DNA of 64,000 nt from Eledone cirrhosa (Eukaryota). The stretch lies in the NCBI GenBank assembly GCA_964016885.1, contig OZ024747.1, positions 39,866,001-39,930,000 on the forward strand, in the 5' to 3' direction. A model generated the notes under the pieces. It worked only from the letters and a program-made list of their open reading frames with translations, did no database searches and was not told the origin of the DNA. Below, in pieces: positions 26,901-41,581 of this stretch. Each line of letters starts with the position of its first letter. The first letter of the stretch is position 1. A program made the position numbers and the translations under genes.

Positions 26901-27356
26901 TCATGTTTCTGGTGCCAATAAATTACGGTACCTCTAAAGTACAAATGTTAGTTTAATCGACGTTACCTCCCCATAACAAATTAATACCTCGTAAAAACAC
27001 ATCGAGGTATTAATTTCGTTATATTTCCTTTTTATTCATTCCGATGATTCCATTTTATTTTCTTTATCTAATTAAGTAATAATTAATTATGTATCTGCTT
27101 ATAATTTGGATGAAACGTGCGTTAATTTAGTAAAATGTAATATAATTTACTGTTTTGGTCTTGTGTATAATTGAAATATTTGCTCAATGATTTAATATTG
27201 TTACTTAAACATCCTCAAACAACTCAAATTGAATTGTATTTAGCCCACTGAATAGTTAATTGCGATAAATCTCATATTTTCAGCTGTAATAAATCTCTCT
27301 TCACCTATATTTGTCTCATCGATATTTTATGATCTATACACACACACACACACACA

Positions 27357-27398
<42 letters not shown>

Positions 27399-27592
27399 GA
27401 TAAATCTACCAAGAGTTTACGGTAGTGTCCAATCCGTATGAAGAACTCAATGTAATCCGGATATCATGGAAAGAAGAGATGCAATGAAAAATCACTTTCG
27501 GTGAAAGATAAACGGAATACAGAGTCAAGATAAAATATTAAAAAAATAATGAATAAAACAATGAAACAGTTCCTTATATTAAACAAAAAAAG

Positions 27593-27747
27593 TTCATTAT
27601 TTAACGATCGTTTCTAGGATATATATGTGTTAGAATTGGCATGCATATTCAACAGATCTATGTACAAAATTATACAAAATTATACAAACTATCAAAATTA
27701 AATATACATACCAAACACATATATATGCCGTCTTCAGAAATAATGAA
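27593..27747 (-). ncRNA. Type I HHR with long stem II (family G, left arm)
   Basis: Mirror of 35143-35297. Confidence 0.7.
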
Positions 27748-28361
27748 ATATATTTATTGATAATAACAACAATTCAAAATTACAGGTCTGTTTGGGAGCA
27801 GAGTTCAAATTGACCAATGAAAATACAAAAAGTTTATACAGTTAGGTGTGTGTATATATATGTAAGTAACTTCGTTCACAGATATGCATAAAGATATATG
27901 TTCACATGCATACGCATGCCAAAAAGATGTATGTAAATACAAAAATTCAAGGCTAATGTCTCTGTATGTTTATAATCTACAGATAAAATACGTATGCACA
28001 TATAAATATAAAATAAATATAAACACACATTCATATACTCACACATATACGTACATTCACACACACACGCGCGTATACGCATAAACATACACACAACCAC
28101 GAACATACATACACACATACACCCCCACACACATATATATGTGTGTATATACTATTATCATAAGCATATGGACATTAATGCGCGCACATAAACACTGCCA
28201 CACATATTTAGATCCAGATACAGAAAGTAAGTGGGGGGGGGAGAAGAGGTCAGTATTCACCGGTGTCAACAGACTGCCTATTTATAAATGTATCTATAAA
28301 CTTAGAAATGAAAAGAAAAGAAAAAGAAAAAAGAAATATATCAAGAAAATATATATATATT

Positions 28362-28393
<32 letters not shown>

Positions 28394-28639
28394 TATCTAT
28401 ACACATATACACATACATGCATATACATACATATACATACACATATACACAAACACATACATACACATACAAATACATACACAGACCATATAAATACACA
28501 TACACATACACACACGCATACATATAGAGACACATACATATACACATATAAATACATAGACATATACACACATATATATATATATATATATATACACATA
28601 CACGCATACATATATATATATATACATTCACAACACACG

Positions 28640-28712
<73 letters not shown>

Positions 28713-28925
28713 CTACACACACATATAAATACACTCATGTATATACACACATACACATACATACCCACACAGAAATATATATATATATATATACACACAT
28801 ACACATACATACACATATACACATATACATATATATATACACACATATATATATATACACACACACATACACACACATACACATACACATATATAAAGAT
28901 ATATATACACACACACCCACATATA

Positions 28926-28962
<37 letters not shown>

Positions 28963-29285
28963 CACACACATACATATATATACACACATACATACACACA
29001 CATACATACACATACATAGACATACATATATACACACACACACATACACACTTACATATACGCATATATACACATACATACACATCCATGTATGCGTATA
29101 TACATACAAAACAAACACCACCACACGCTCACACAACTCAGACATACATAGATAAAGGGATATACATACACGTATATACATATATAAATAGAGATACATA
29201 TACATATATAAATATATACACACATACACACACAAACACACATACATATACATACATACATACATACATACATATACACACACAT

Positions 29286-29358
<73 letters not shown>

Positions 29359-29489
29359 CATATATATATATACATATATATAAAAAAAATAAAGAAATAA
29401 GATAAATAAATAAATAAATTAATTAATACACACAGTCAGACAAATATGCACACACATACATATACATATATATATACACATACACATAC

Positions 29490-29539
<50 letters not shown>

Positions 29540-29582
29540 ATACACATACATATATATATATACACACATACATACATCAACT

Positions 29583-29640
<58 letters not shown>

Positions 29641-30572
29641 CATATATAATATATATATATATATACACACACACTCACATATACATGCGCACATACGTAC
29701 ACATATACACATACACACATATACACATAGACATATACATGTGCCTACATATACATACACACATATACCCACATAAATACATAGATACATATATATATAT
29801 ACACATATATATACACATATATATATATATACACACATATATACACACATATATATACATATATATATATATACACACAATCATACACCCTTATTTACAT
29901 GCGCACATATGTATTTTTATACTCACATACAAACACCCAAACATACATACCTACCTACATATACATACATACATCCACGCTTACAAATACAAATAATAAT
30001 AGTAGGGGGGTGGAAAAAGGGGGGGGATTATAGTAAATATAGGTTTCAAGAAACATAGAATATTAATCTGCAATTAGATCATAATATGTGTTTACATAGT
30101 TTCAGTATTAGGAAATGTAAGAAAGAAGGCAAAATTATGCATTTCAATATAAGTATACCATTAATTATAGGTTAACTAAACTAAAGATAGTTAATATATT
30201 GATTTCTAAGGTGTATACTACTTAGGTTTATAATATTTGAAGCGGAATTTTGAAGTTAAATAGTAGTAGAGTATTAATTATAGTATAACTAAATTAAAAT
30301 TATTAACGTTATGGTATCAATATTAGGAAATGAATTTAGTAATAGGGAAAAACAAATAAAGTATTACATCGGTAGTAGAATATAAATTATAGGTTAACTA
30401 AATTAAAAATTATATATTAATTTCTATAGTATATGTTAATTAGGTTTATAATAATTAAAATAGATATTGTATTTTATCTATAGTAGAATATAATTATAGG
30501 TAAACAGAAATTAAAATTAAAATTAAAATTAATACATACACATATACATATACATATATATATACATATATA

Positions 30573-30606
<34 letters not shown>

Positions 30607-31083
30607 CATACATATACATATTTTTTCAAAAATTGCAAAGAATATATTAACTTGGTATACATCCAAAACCTATCTCAGTCTATGATTACATGACACTCTG
30701 CAATCCATCTGTATTAGGATATTAATTTTAAGCCAATTAAATTAAATTTTTAGGTTGACCAAATTTAAAACCAAATTATAAATATATTTCTAAAAATGTA
30801 CATTAATTAGGTCTATAATACTAAAAATTATTTCTCTGTCATTGAATACACGATATTTTGCTATATTTTATCTGTAAAGGAATTTAAATAAAAGGTTAAA
30901 TAAATTAAAATTAATCTATAAATTAATTTACGAAGTATATATTAGTAATATTTAAAAGTTTTTCACAATTTATGATTACGCAATATTTTATAATCTCATC
31001 TGTAGTAGAATTTTAATTAAATAAAATTTATAGGTTAACTAATATTTAAATTAAATTATATATTAATTTCTAAAATAATGTTA

Positions 31084-32010
31084 TTAATTAGGTTTATAAT
31101 ATTTAAATGTTTTTCTTAGTTTATGATTACACGATATAATTAATTCCTGTCGTTTATTTAATAGGATATCCTTAGATTTCATTATTTCAAATAGTTCTTG
31201 GGAACATAATCTACATTCATTTCTATTATTTTGATAAGGGGTGGCTCTTTTGAGCACACTCCAGGTCAAATCATATTCTATATTCTTATTTTTATAACTA
31301 TTGATTTTTTCTGCTAGAGATGTTGTATTAGCCAGTGCGGCATTTTTAAAACTATGTTTGTGGGTATTAAACCTTGCCTTAAAATTGTTAGAAGTAGCTC
31401 CTATATATGAGCAAATAGAATCTTTAGTTTTAACATTACATTTATAAACTATGTTGTTAACAAGACAATTTCCTTTTAATGGGCAGTTTGCTTTGTTTCT
31501 ACAGTTACAACCTTTCGTTAATTCTGTATTTGAGGAGATATTATGGTTAGTTTGATGTATTGGTGGTATACTTATGGTATTCTTACATTTATATGCATTA
31601 TAGGCACTTATATTTTGTTTTATGTTATTTGTTGTTGAGTATGAGAATTTAACTGTAGACCTATTTAAGATTTGATGGTATTTGTGGTTTGGCGGGAAGT
31701 TTTTCTCTAGGATATAAAAAATTTTTTTAGCAATATTATCCTTAATTTGTAAATTAAATGGAGCATTATACCAAGTAACCCGTCTATTACGGTTTCTATG
31801 TTGTTTATTATTTTTATAGGTTGTATCGTGATGTTTACTAGGAGGATTAATGTTAATGATCTCACCACGCACATTTTTAGTTAGATTTGTAGATTTAGGT
31901 GTTTTATCTTGTTTATTAGGAGTTTTATTATTAACGTTTATTAGAGTTGTATGATGAGTAGTTTTTTGAGAGTTACTATACTTTATATTAGAAGAGTTGG
32001 TATTTGGGGG
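31084..32010 (-). CDS. 5'-truncated Neptune-type linker, Cys-rich finger and GIY-YIG endonuclease
   Basis: [40 protein letters not shown]...[23 protein letters not shown]; the N-terminus of ORF 31084-32061 is chimeric across the inversion junction. Confidence 0.9.
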   Translation of the reverse strand, partial: PPNTNSSNIKYSNSQKTTHHTTLINVNNKTPNKQDKTPKSTNLTKNVRGEIININPPSKHHDTTYKNNKQHRNRNRRVTWYNAPFNLQIKDNIAKKIFYILEKNFPPNHKYHQILNRSTVKFSYSTTNNIKQNISAYNAYKCKNTISIPPIHQTNHNISSNTELTKGCNCRNKANCPLKGNCLVNNIVYKCNVKTKDSICSYIGATSNNFKARFNTHKHSFKNAALANTTSLAEKINSYKNKNIEYDLTWSVLKRATPYQNNRNECRLCSQELFEIMKSKDILLNKRQELIISCNHKLRKTFKYYKPN

Positions 32011-32297
32011 TATAGGTAGATATGTATGTTTGGGTGTTTGTATGTGAGTATAAAAATACATATGTGCGCATGTAAATAAGGGTGTATGATTGAGTGTATA
32101 TATATATATATGTATATATATGTGTGTATATATGTGTGTATATATATATATATATGTGTATATATATGTGTATATATATATATGTATCTATGTATTTATG
32201 TGGGTATATGTGTGTATGTATATGTAGGCACATGTATATGTCTATGTGTATATGTGTGTATGTGTATATGTGTACGTATGTGCGCATGTATATGTGA

Positions 32298-32329
<32 letters not shown>

Positions 32330-32337
32330 TATATATG

Positions 32338-32395
<58 letters not shown>

Positions 32396-32438
32396 AGTTG
32401 ATGTATGTATGTGTGTATATACATATATGTATGTGTAT

Positions 32439-32512
<74 letters not shown>

Positions 32513-32657
32513 GTATGTGTATGTGTATATATATATGTATATGTATGTGTGTGCATATTTGTCTGACTGTGTGTATTAATTTATTTATTTATTTATTTAT
32601 CTTATTTCTTTATTTTTTTTATATATATGTATATATATATGTGTGTATATATATATG

Positions 32658-32744
<87 letters not shown>

Positions 32745-33067
32745 ATGTGTGTGTATATGTATGTATGTATGTATGTATGTATATGTATGTGTGTTTGTGT
32801 GTGTATGTGTGTATATATTTATATATGTATATGTATCTCTATTTATATATGTATATACGTGTATGTATATCCCTTTATTTATGTATGTCTGAGTTGTGTG
32901 AGCGTGTGGTGGTGTTTGTTTTGTATGTATATACGCATACATGGATGTGTATGTATGTGTATATATGCGTATATGTATGTGTGTATGTGTGTGTGTGTAT
33001 ATATGTATGTCTGTGTATGAGTATCTATGTGTGTGTATGTATGTGTGTATATATATGTATGTGTGTG

Positions 33068-33120
<53 letters not shown>

Positions 33121-33126
<6 letters not shown>

Positions 33127-33845
33127 GTTAAAAATGTACATCTACATATGCATACTGAAATACTAGTGTGTATATGAATACACACACGTATACATATGTA
33201 GGTGTACCAAGTCTTTCACTGGTCGCTTTACAGTGAGCGGCCCAGCTATTCTGTATGTAAACACACAGACAAACCGGTTTTTAGAGTCATTTTTAACTTA
33301 ATTGTTTAAGCGTCAGTCATACAAAAGTGAGTTACAAACGAAACGAAATTTAATTTCGTTTCGTTATTTGTTTTTATCGTCTCCGCTGAACCGGTGCGTA
33401 CTCACACTCTATGCAAATTAGTCTGCCCACTACTAATTTTCATAGAAAAAGCATATAACGATATGTGCTTTTACAATTCTCCAGAAAGGCCGGTAGATAG
33501 GTAAATATTGCTGATGAGTTGTAACAACAACGAAACTAGTTCAATATTCCTTGTCTGGCTTTCTGGAGAATAGGGGGAAGGTGTTCCCCCGAAAAACCAG
33601 TATGACTCTAAAAACCGGTTTGTCTGTGTGTTTACATACAGAATAGCTGGGCCGCTCACTGTAAAGCGACCAGTGAAAGACTTGGTACACCTACATATGT
33701 ATACGTGTGTGTATTCATATACACACTAGTATTTCAGTATGCATATGTAGATGTACATTTTTAACTTAATTGTTTAAGCGTCAGTCATACAAAAGTGAGT
33801 TACAAACGGAACGAAATTTAATTTCGTTTCGTTATTTGTTTTTAT
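33121..33845 (+). mobile_element. Family F retrozyme-like insertion nested in a TA tract of the family G right arm
   Basis: Short inverted arm 33121-33290, then ~1.2 units; HHR 33504-33548; absent at the mirror position in the left arm. Confidence 0.85.
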
Positions 33846-33939
33846 ATATATATATATATTTATTATATGTGGGTGTGTGTGTATATATATCTTTATATAT
33901 GTGTATGTGTATGTGTGTGTATGTGTGTGTGTATATATA

Positions 33940-33980
<41 letters not shown>

Positions 33981-34000
33981 GTGTATATGTGTATGTATGT

Positions 34001-34032
<32 letters not shown>

Positions 34033-34094
34033 TTATGTGTGGGTATGTATGTGTATGTGTGTATATACATGAGTGTATTTATATGTGTGTGTAG

Positions 34095-34147
<53 letters not shown>

Positions 34148-34369
34148 CGTGTGTTGTGAATGTATATATATATATATGTATGCGTGTATGTGTATATATA
34201 TATATATATATGTGTGCATATGTCTATGTATTTATATGTGTATATGTATGTGTCTCTATATGTATGCGTGTGTGTATGTGTATGTGTATTTATATGGTCT
34301 GTGTATGTATATGTATGTGTATGTATGTGTTTGTGTATATGTGTATGTATATGTATGTATATGCATGTA

Positions 34370-34402
<33 letters not shown>

Positions 34403-34493
34403 GTATATGTATGTATATCGATGTATATTTTATATTTTACTTGTTTATATATATGTGTATGTATATATATATGTATGTATATGTGTATATATA

Positions 34494-34532
<39 letters not shown>

Positions 34533-35142
34533 TTTCTTGATATATTTCTTTTTTCTTTTTCTTTTCTTTTCCTTTCTAAGTTTATAGATACATTTATAAA
34601 TAGGCAGTCTGTTGACACCGGTGAATACTGACCTCTTCTCCACCCCCCCCCCCCCCCCACTTACTTTCTGTATCTGGATCTAAATATGTGTGGCAGTGTT
34701 TATGTGCGCGCATTAATGTCCATATGCTTATGATAATGGTATATACACACATATATATTGTGTGGGGGTGTATGTGTGTATGTATGTTCGTGGTTGTGTG
34801 TATGTTTATGCGTATACGCGCGTGTGTGTGTGAATGTACGTATATGTGTGAGTATATGAATGTGTGTTTATATTTATTTTATATTTATATGTGCATACGT
34901 ATTTTATCTGTAGATTATAAACATACAGAGACATTAGCCTTGAATTTTTGTATTTACATACATCTTTTTGGCATGCGTATGCATGTGAACATATATCTTT
35001 ATGCATATCTGTGAACGAAGTTACTTACATATATATACACACACCTAACTGTATAAACTTTTTGTATTTTCATTGGTCAATTTGAACTCTGCTCCCAAAC
35101 AGACCTGTAATTTTGAATTGTTGTTATTATCAATAAATATAT

Positions 35143-35297
35143 TTCATTATTTCTGAAGACGGCATATATATGTGTTTGGTATGTATATTTAATTTTGATA
35201 GTTTGTATAATTTTGTATAATTTTGTACATAGATCTGTTGAATATGCATGCCAATTCTAACACATATATATCCTAGAAACGATCGTTAAATAATGAA
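35143..35297 (+). ncRNA. Type I HHR with long stem II (family G, right arm)
   Basis: UUCAUUAUUU-CUGAAGA-(AUAUAUAUGUGUU.../AACACAUAUAUAU)-GAAA-CGAUCG-UU-AAAUAAUGAA; 10-bp stem I, palindromic stem III. Confidence 0.75.
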
Positions 35298-35351
35298 CTT
35301 TTTTTGTTTAATATAAGGAACTGTTTCATTGTTTTATTCATTATTTTTTTA

Positions 35352-35398
<47 letters not shown>

Positions 35399-35400
<2 letters not shown>

Positions 35401-36012
35401 CGGCTGCCTCCTCGTTATCGAGTATGCCCATTGCACGATATACCATTATTAATAACTATTAATTAAGTCTATCGTGCAACGCCTGTGCGTGAAAATATTT
35501 TTTAAAGTGAGGAAAGACTGTGCACTGAGCCAATCGCACTCTGAGCGACAGTAGCTATAACCCGAAAAAGAAGAAAAGATCAACATCATCGGTAACTACA
35601 GAGCCCCAGGTGTTATATCGGAGTTATCCAAGATTCCTGAGTTGCCATCTCCTAGAAGAATGCCCTGACAAAGGGTAGGGGTCCTTCACTACCAGTGGTT
35701 TAACCGTGCGATCGGGTGTTCAGCCCGACTATTTCTATGTCCCCGTGCATATACATACACATTCACCCATGTATATACACATATACATATACATACATAT
35801 GTACATGTGTATATACATATTTACACACTTTTGGATGGCCGTTGACTTCTATGAGTTCTTCCGCCCTTTGTCAGGTCTTGTTTTTTGTCTTGCAGGGTGT
35901 CCAAAATCACCCTCCTCACCAAGTAAACTTGGTGGGGTTGCTGGTTGTACTGGGTGGGTTGCGACAGATTGTTCTGGGTTACATGTTACCAGTAGCACTC
36001 AAGAGTGACCCG
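35399..36012 (-). mobile_element. Diverged relative of the 8484-9037 element
   Basis: Shares CCAAAATCACCC..TCACCAAG..ACTTGGTGGGGTTGC and TTGGATGGCCRTTGACT blocks; 3' end also seen at ~11555-11600. Confidence 0.55.
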
Positions 36013-36101
36013 ACATAATATATATACATATACATATATATATATATATATATATACATATACATACACACACAAACACAGACACACACACACATAAATA
36101 A

Positions 36102-36169
<68 letters not shown>

Positions 36170-36173
<4 letters not shown>

Positions 36174-36587
36174 GACGTAAAATAAGAAAATTATAAAAAT
36201 CAACTTACTTACTAAAATTTCACTCCAACTAATTAGTTTCTGAAAGGGAATAAACATGGTTTCCAAATGGAAACCATGGAGAAGCCATTTCGTCATCAGG
36301 AAGTCGTTTTCATGTTTATTCCTTTTCAGAAACTAATTAGTTGGAATGAAATGGAAAGCATGGAGAAGCCATTTCGTCATCAGAAAATCGTTCTCATGTT
36401 TCAGAAACTAATTAGTTGGAGTGAAATTTTAGTAAGTAAGTTAATTTTTATAATTTTCTTATTTTACGTCTTTCATATAATTGTTCTGCATCCCCTTGCA
36501 TTGAACGACAAAGTTACTAAGACAAAACCTATATATTTACTAGCATAGGTATGCATCTGTATATATATGTTGGTAGATATACTAATT

Positions 36588-36590
<3 letters not shown>
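36170..36590 (+). mobile_element. Family B copy with rearranged centre; HHR 36222-36304 (-)
   Basis: Same two termini as 765-1607; centre is a patchwork of short direct and inverted pieces. Confidence 0.8.
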
Positions 36591-36657
<67 letters not shown>

Positions 36658-36659
<2 letters not shown>

Positions 36660-38385
36660 CCAAATGTTAAACAAGGTTCATTGATTATTCAATGAATAAA
36701 GTTTTACAATAGATTAAAAGCACTCAACAAAGAAGTTTTCTGGAGTTATTAATATTACTTCAAAATATTAATAAATGGATACCTTCACATAATCAAAATA
36801 TATGTTTTTTTATATATATTTCGGAGGTACTGTGCTGTTTTTTCAGTACGTCCTCATCAGATAAAATACAAAAATTGATGTATGACATACCTCAACTGTG
36901 CTGATGGTCCAATTCCAGTCATGGCAGTGATTTATTACAATAAAACTCACCTTAGGAAATGCATATCGGTTCTTTTATATAGTAAGTTAATCTCTTGATT
37001 GACTAAATACCTTTAGTTTGGTTTTGAAATCCTCATTTTATGTCTTGAATTTTCTATATTTGAGATCTGAAATACCTTCAGGCTTTCAAACCTTTTATTT
37101 AATTTAAAGGTTTAGGTACGTTGTACGGACCTTTTGTTTACATTTATCGTGTATAATTTTCGTTTGATCCAAATTGATTAATAATCTGTATTTAACTTGA
37201 CCTATAATATTGAATACAATAAGATTTGTTTGAATCGAAATAATAGTACTTTCAAGAGTAAATATAACTAATAATTAATCCTATATGTAATTGACAACTA
37301 TTGATTTAAATAGTAGTGTTTATAATATTTATAATTCTATACATTATATAAAATGCATATACAGATGCTGATATGCAATTAAGTTATGATAAATACTCTC
37401 ATACTTATTTACTATATTTATAAATATTTATAAACATCACTGGTACTTAATAATTTTTGGGGTTTCTACTTTTGGCACAAGGCCAGCAAATTATCCAGTA
37501 CATTACTGGTTCTTTATTTTATCGACCCCGTAAGGATGAAAGGCAAAGTTAACCTCGGCGGGATTTGAACTCAGACCGTAAAGGGACGTAACTATGCTGC
37601 CAATACACCGCCCTTCATTGGTACTTAATAATGTTTCAGACTTTGAATTTTATAACTAAATATTGTATATATTTATTAATTTAACTATGCTCCTGATTAT
37701 CATTGAAAATATTTTATATTGTTTAATTTTGATATAATATAATAGTATAATTTGCTCAAATATAACCAAATACAATAGATTAAAATTTCACGGTATTTAA
37801 TTGATCGCTTCTACCTGAGTTAATATTTGAAAAAAAAAAAGTCAGACATCATGTCCCTTTCTTCTTTCTTTCTTTCTTTTTATATCTCTTTTCCTTATAC
37901 AGTTATATATTCTATCATCTCTATTTCCCTCTCCCTTCTTTTTATCTTCATCTTTTTATCCTTTTCCCTTTTTTCTTCTATTTAGCACTCTCTCTCTCTC
38001 TCTTTTGTTTTATTTCTATGACACGGATATTTACACATTTAAATATTTAACATTCATATACTTATGTGTTTTTATTTATTTATTTATTTATTCTATACTT
38101 TCTCCTACTCACCCACTCCTAATACTTATTTCTCGCTACTTACCCCTCTCCATCATATTTAGTTTGTCACACTTTTACTTGTGGTATATAAATATTGAGT
38201 TTTGTTGTAATAAATCACTGCCAAGACTGAAATTAAACCATCAACACAGTTGAGGTATGTCATACATCAATTTATGTATTTCCTCTGATGAGGACGTACT
38301 GAAAAAAACAGCACAGTACCTCCGAAATATATATAATAAAACATATATTTTGATTGTGTGAATGTATCCATTTATTAATATTTTG

Positions 38386-38391
<6 letters not shown>
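36658..38391 (-). mobile_element. Fold-back element (family H) with HHRs
   Basis: ~36755-36900 is inverted against ~38245-38390; ~95-nt extension on the left; SINE at ~37455-37615 (-) with TSD CAYTGGTACTTAATAAT. Confidence 0.75.
38279..38341 (+). ncRNA. Type I HHR (family H; mirror ~36805-36866, -)
   Basis: CUGAUGA-GGAcGUACUG...CAGUACcUCC-GAAA-UAUAUA-UA-AUAAAA; consensus stem I UUUUAU/AUAAAA from the two copies. Confidence 0.75.
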
Positions 38392-38423
<32 letters not shown>

Positions 38424-38512
38424 CTGGAGCCACTTTGTTCACATAAAACAAGTAGAATTTCCAAAACTGATCAGATTAGAGCAAACATCACGGGCGCTCT
38501 ATCTGAAAATTA

Positions 38513-38549
38513 TTTTTGAAAAGCATTAGAAATGCGCAACCGGTAAAAA
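38513..38549 (+). ncRNA. Damaged U3-A8 minimal HHR related to 13371-13408
   Basis: UUU-UUGAAAA-GCAU uagaa AUGC-GCAA-CCGG-UA-AAAA. Confidence 0.55.
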
Positions 38550-38661
38550 CTTAAAACCAAAACTGAATACTAACCAATACTTATTACTAATTTTTACTTA
38601 TTCCTAATTAAACTATTTTTCACTGGGAACGATTTGTCAGCATTTTCTTTTCCTTTTACCA

Positions 38662-38790
<129 letters not shown>

Positions 38791-38931
38791 GATATATACA
38801 TATATATATATATATACATATATAAGCATATATATATATATATGTGTGTGTGTGTATATATATAATATACCACTGTGCTGGTGTATTAGTGCTTCTGTAT
38901 ATGTTGGTGCATGTGTGTGTATATATATATG

Positions 38932-39029
<98 letters not shown>

Positions 39030-39063
39030 CGTGTGTGTTCATTCTGTCATTACTACAGCAGTG

Positions 39064-39146
39064 GTCCGACGAGTTTTTCTTTCTAGATTCAGTCCTGTTC
39101 GATACAGATCGAACCTTGAGCTAATCAATAGCGAAACACGCGTCAC
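39064..39146 (+). ncRNA. Degenerate HHR in a TA-inserted element (~39040-39500)
   Basis: GU-CCGACGA-G...C-GAAA-CACGCG-UC-AC, followed by AATAAA. Confidence 0.45.
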
Positions 39147-39207
39147 AAATCAATAAACGTAATGAAGACATAACAAATCGTCCTTGTATTATTATATTTA
39201 CACTCTG

Positions 39208-39393
39208 GCCGGTGGATTGGCAGTATCGGTAGAGGGTCGGACGCCATTCTTTGACGCATAGAGTTACGTCCCTTGCCATTCTGAGTTCAAATCCCGCTGA
39301 GGTTAACTTTGCCTTTCATCCTCACGGGGTCGATGAAATAAAGTACCAGTAATGCACTGAGTAATTGCTGGCCTTGTGCCTAAAGTAGAAACA
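39208..39393 (+). mobile_element. tRNA-derived SINE with 17-bp TSD
   Basis: TSD ATTATATTTACACTCTG at 39191-39207 and 39394-39410. Confidence 0.9.
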
Positions 39394-39497
39394 ATTATAT
39401 TTACACTCTGTTTAGCTCTACACCTCGTTATATACGTGAATCTAAACATGGAGTGCTCACCTGGGTGAACCTACAGTAACTTCACCTTACACTCCCT

Positions 39498-39545
<48 letters not shown>

Positions 39546-39549
<4 letters not shown>

Positions 39550-39632
39550 TGTGTCATTATGTGGATATATATATATATAGTGTGTGTGTCATTATGTGGA
39601 TATATAAATATATATAGTGTGTGTCATTATGT

Positions 39633-39699
<67 letters not shown>

Positions 39700-39829
39700 T
39701 AGTGTGTGTCATTATGTGGATATATATATATATATATATAGTGTGTGTCATTATGTGGATATATATATATATTTATATAGTGTGTGTCATTATGTGGATA
39801 TATATATATATTTATACAGTGTGTGTCAT

Positions 39830-39872
<43 letters not shown>

Positions 39873-39882
39873 TGTGTGTCAT

Positions 39883-39936
<54 letters not shown>

Positions 39937-39955
39937 TATATAGTGTGTCATTATG
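39546..39955. repeat. Compound minisatellite AGTGTGTGTCATTATGTGGA + variable (TA)n
   Basis: About 10 fixed cores separated by TA runs of differing length. Confidence 0.85.
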
Positions 39956-40496
39956 TTTGAGTATATTTATTTAAAAGGAAATTGAAAATACGGGGGAGAT
40001 AGTATTATGAAATAGGAGATGCTTGTAATGATACTAATCTAAATATAAGTTTGGGAGGAAAAGCGATATTTTTATGAGTCGATGAGAAATTGAGAACGTT
40101 GATGTGGGAAGGAAGGGATGAGAATTAAGAGAAGGAGGTGGAGGAGAAGGAGGAGAAGGAGGAATATCATGATGAGGAGGAGGAGGAGAAGAAGAAGAAG
40201 AAGAAGATGAAGAAAAAGAAGAAGAAGAAAAAAAAAAGAAGAAGAAGAAGAAAAAGAATTTAATGAAAGAGGTAATGTTCCTGATTACGTACATGTGTTT
40301 TAATGTATGAGATTGCCCCTGAATATATAAATAATTTTATTGAAAATCGGCTGCCAAAGTGGCAGAGTTCTTCACATTACTTTAGTCTGCTTATATGTCT
40401 CTTTTTTTCTTATTAATATATAAAATATCACACACGATCAGAGAAAGGCATATCACATCCTGAAAGTGAAAAAAAAAAAAACGAAGTTATAAGTTG

Positions 40497-41533
40497 TAAT
40501 AATTGTTCCTACTTTTGGCACAAGGCCAGCAATTATCGCAGTGTATTACTGGTACTTTAATTTAATCGACCCTGTAAGGATGAAAGGCAAAGTTAACATC
40601 GGCGGGATTTGAACTCAGAATGGCAAGGGCCATAACTCTATGCGTCAAAGCATGGTGTCCGACCCTCTACCGATACTGCCAATCCACCGCCCTAGAAGTT
40701 GTAATAATTGTTTCTACGTTTGGCACAAGGCCAGCAATTACCCAGTGCATTACTGGTACTTTATTTTATCGACCCCGTAAGGATGAAAGGCAAAGTTAAC
40801 CAAAGTTGTAATAATTGTTTCTACTTTAGGCACAAGGCAAATAGTAATGTTTAAACATTTCAACGACATATACAGTTATTATATGTGAAGACGCGGAGAG
40901 AACATCGTTCTCTGTACCAAAATAAATAAATAAACAAATCACCAAATAAATGAATAAATACAACAAATATATGAACAAAAAATATCAATGACTAATTAAC
41001 TATCAAAAAACAACGTGAAAACAATGTGAACAATATTGATGGATTGGAACGAGATTCATTAATGGATTTCGTTTTCCGTAACATTTTAAATTTATGATTA
41101 GTGTTTATTTTCTTAGAACAGTTGTCTGTCTAGCTTGGGTCTATTATTTCGTTGATGCTCTTGTTTTGGGGGTTTTTTTTCCTTATTTTCGTTACCGTTG
41201 TTATTGTTATTATTAGTAATACTACTAATATTACTAGCTACCATATCTTTATTAGTAACATTTTTATCTTTCCTTCCGCTTGTATTATTTATTAACTTAG
41301 AGAAGTTGAACAAATAATTTATTAATATAACAATTCCTCCCAGACCAAACATACACATATTAATATGTAACATCATTAACGTGTGAACAATTGCAACAAC
41401 TACCAATAACGATAATAATTGTTTCTACTTTTGGCACAAGACCAGGAATTATCCCAGTGTATTACTGGTAATTTATTTTATCGACCCCGTACGGATGAAA
41501 GGCAAAGTTAACCTCGGAGGGATTTGAACGTTG

Positions 41534-41581
<48 letters not shown>

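Larger units (their letters stand above)
27396..35359 (-). mobile_element. ~8-kb fold-back Neptune-like insertion (family G)
   Basis: 27529-~29955 is inverted against ~32015-35359; centre holds a GIY-YIG ORF; one-sided ~130-nt extension 27396-27528; TA flanks. Confidence 0.85.

Noticed and set aside
27876-35014. Long YI/HT/CV-rich ORFs (e.g. 28139-29155, 338 aa) and similar ORFs across the window
   Set aside because: Translations of TA/CA/TACA microsatellites, which lack stop codons; no protein signal.
39546-39955. Repeat-spacer pattern resembling a CRISPR array
   Set aside because: Spacers are only variable (TA)n; eukaryotic context, no cas genes.
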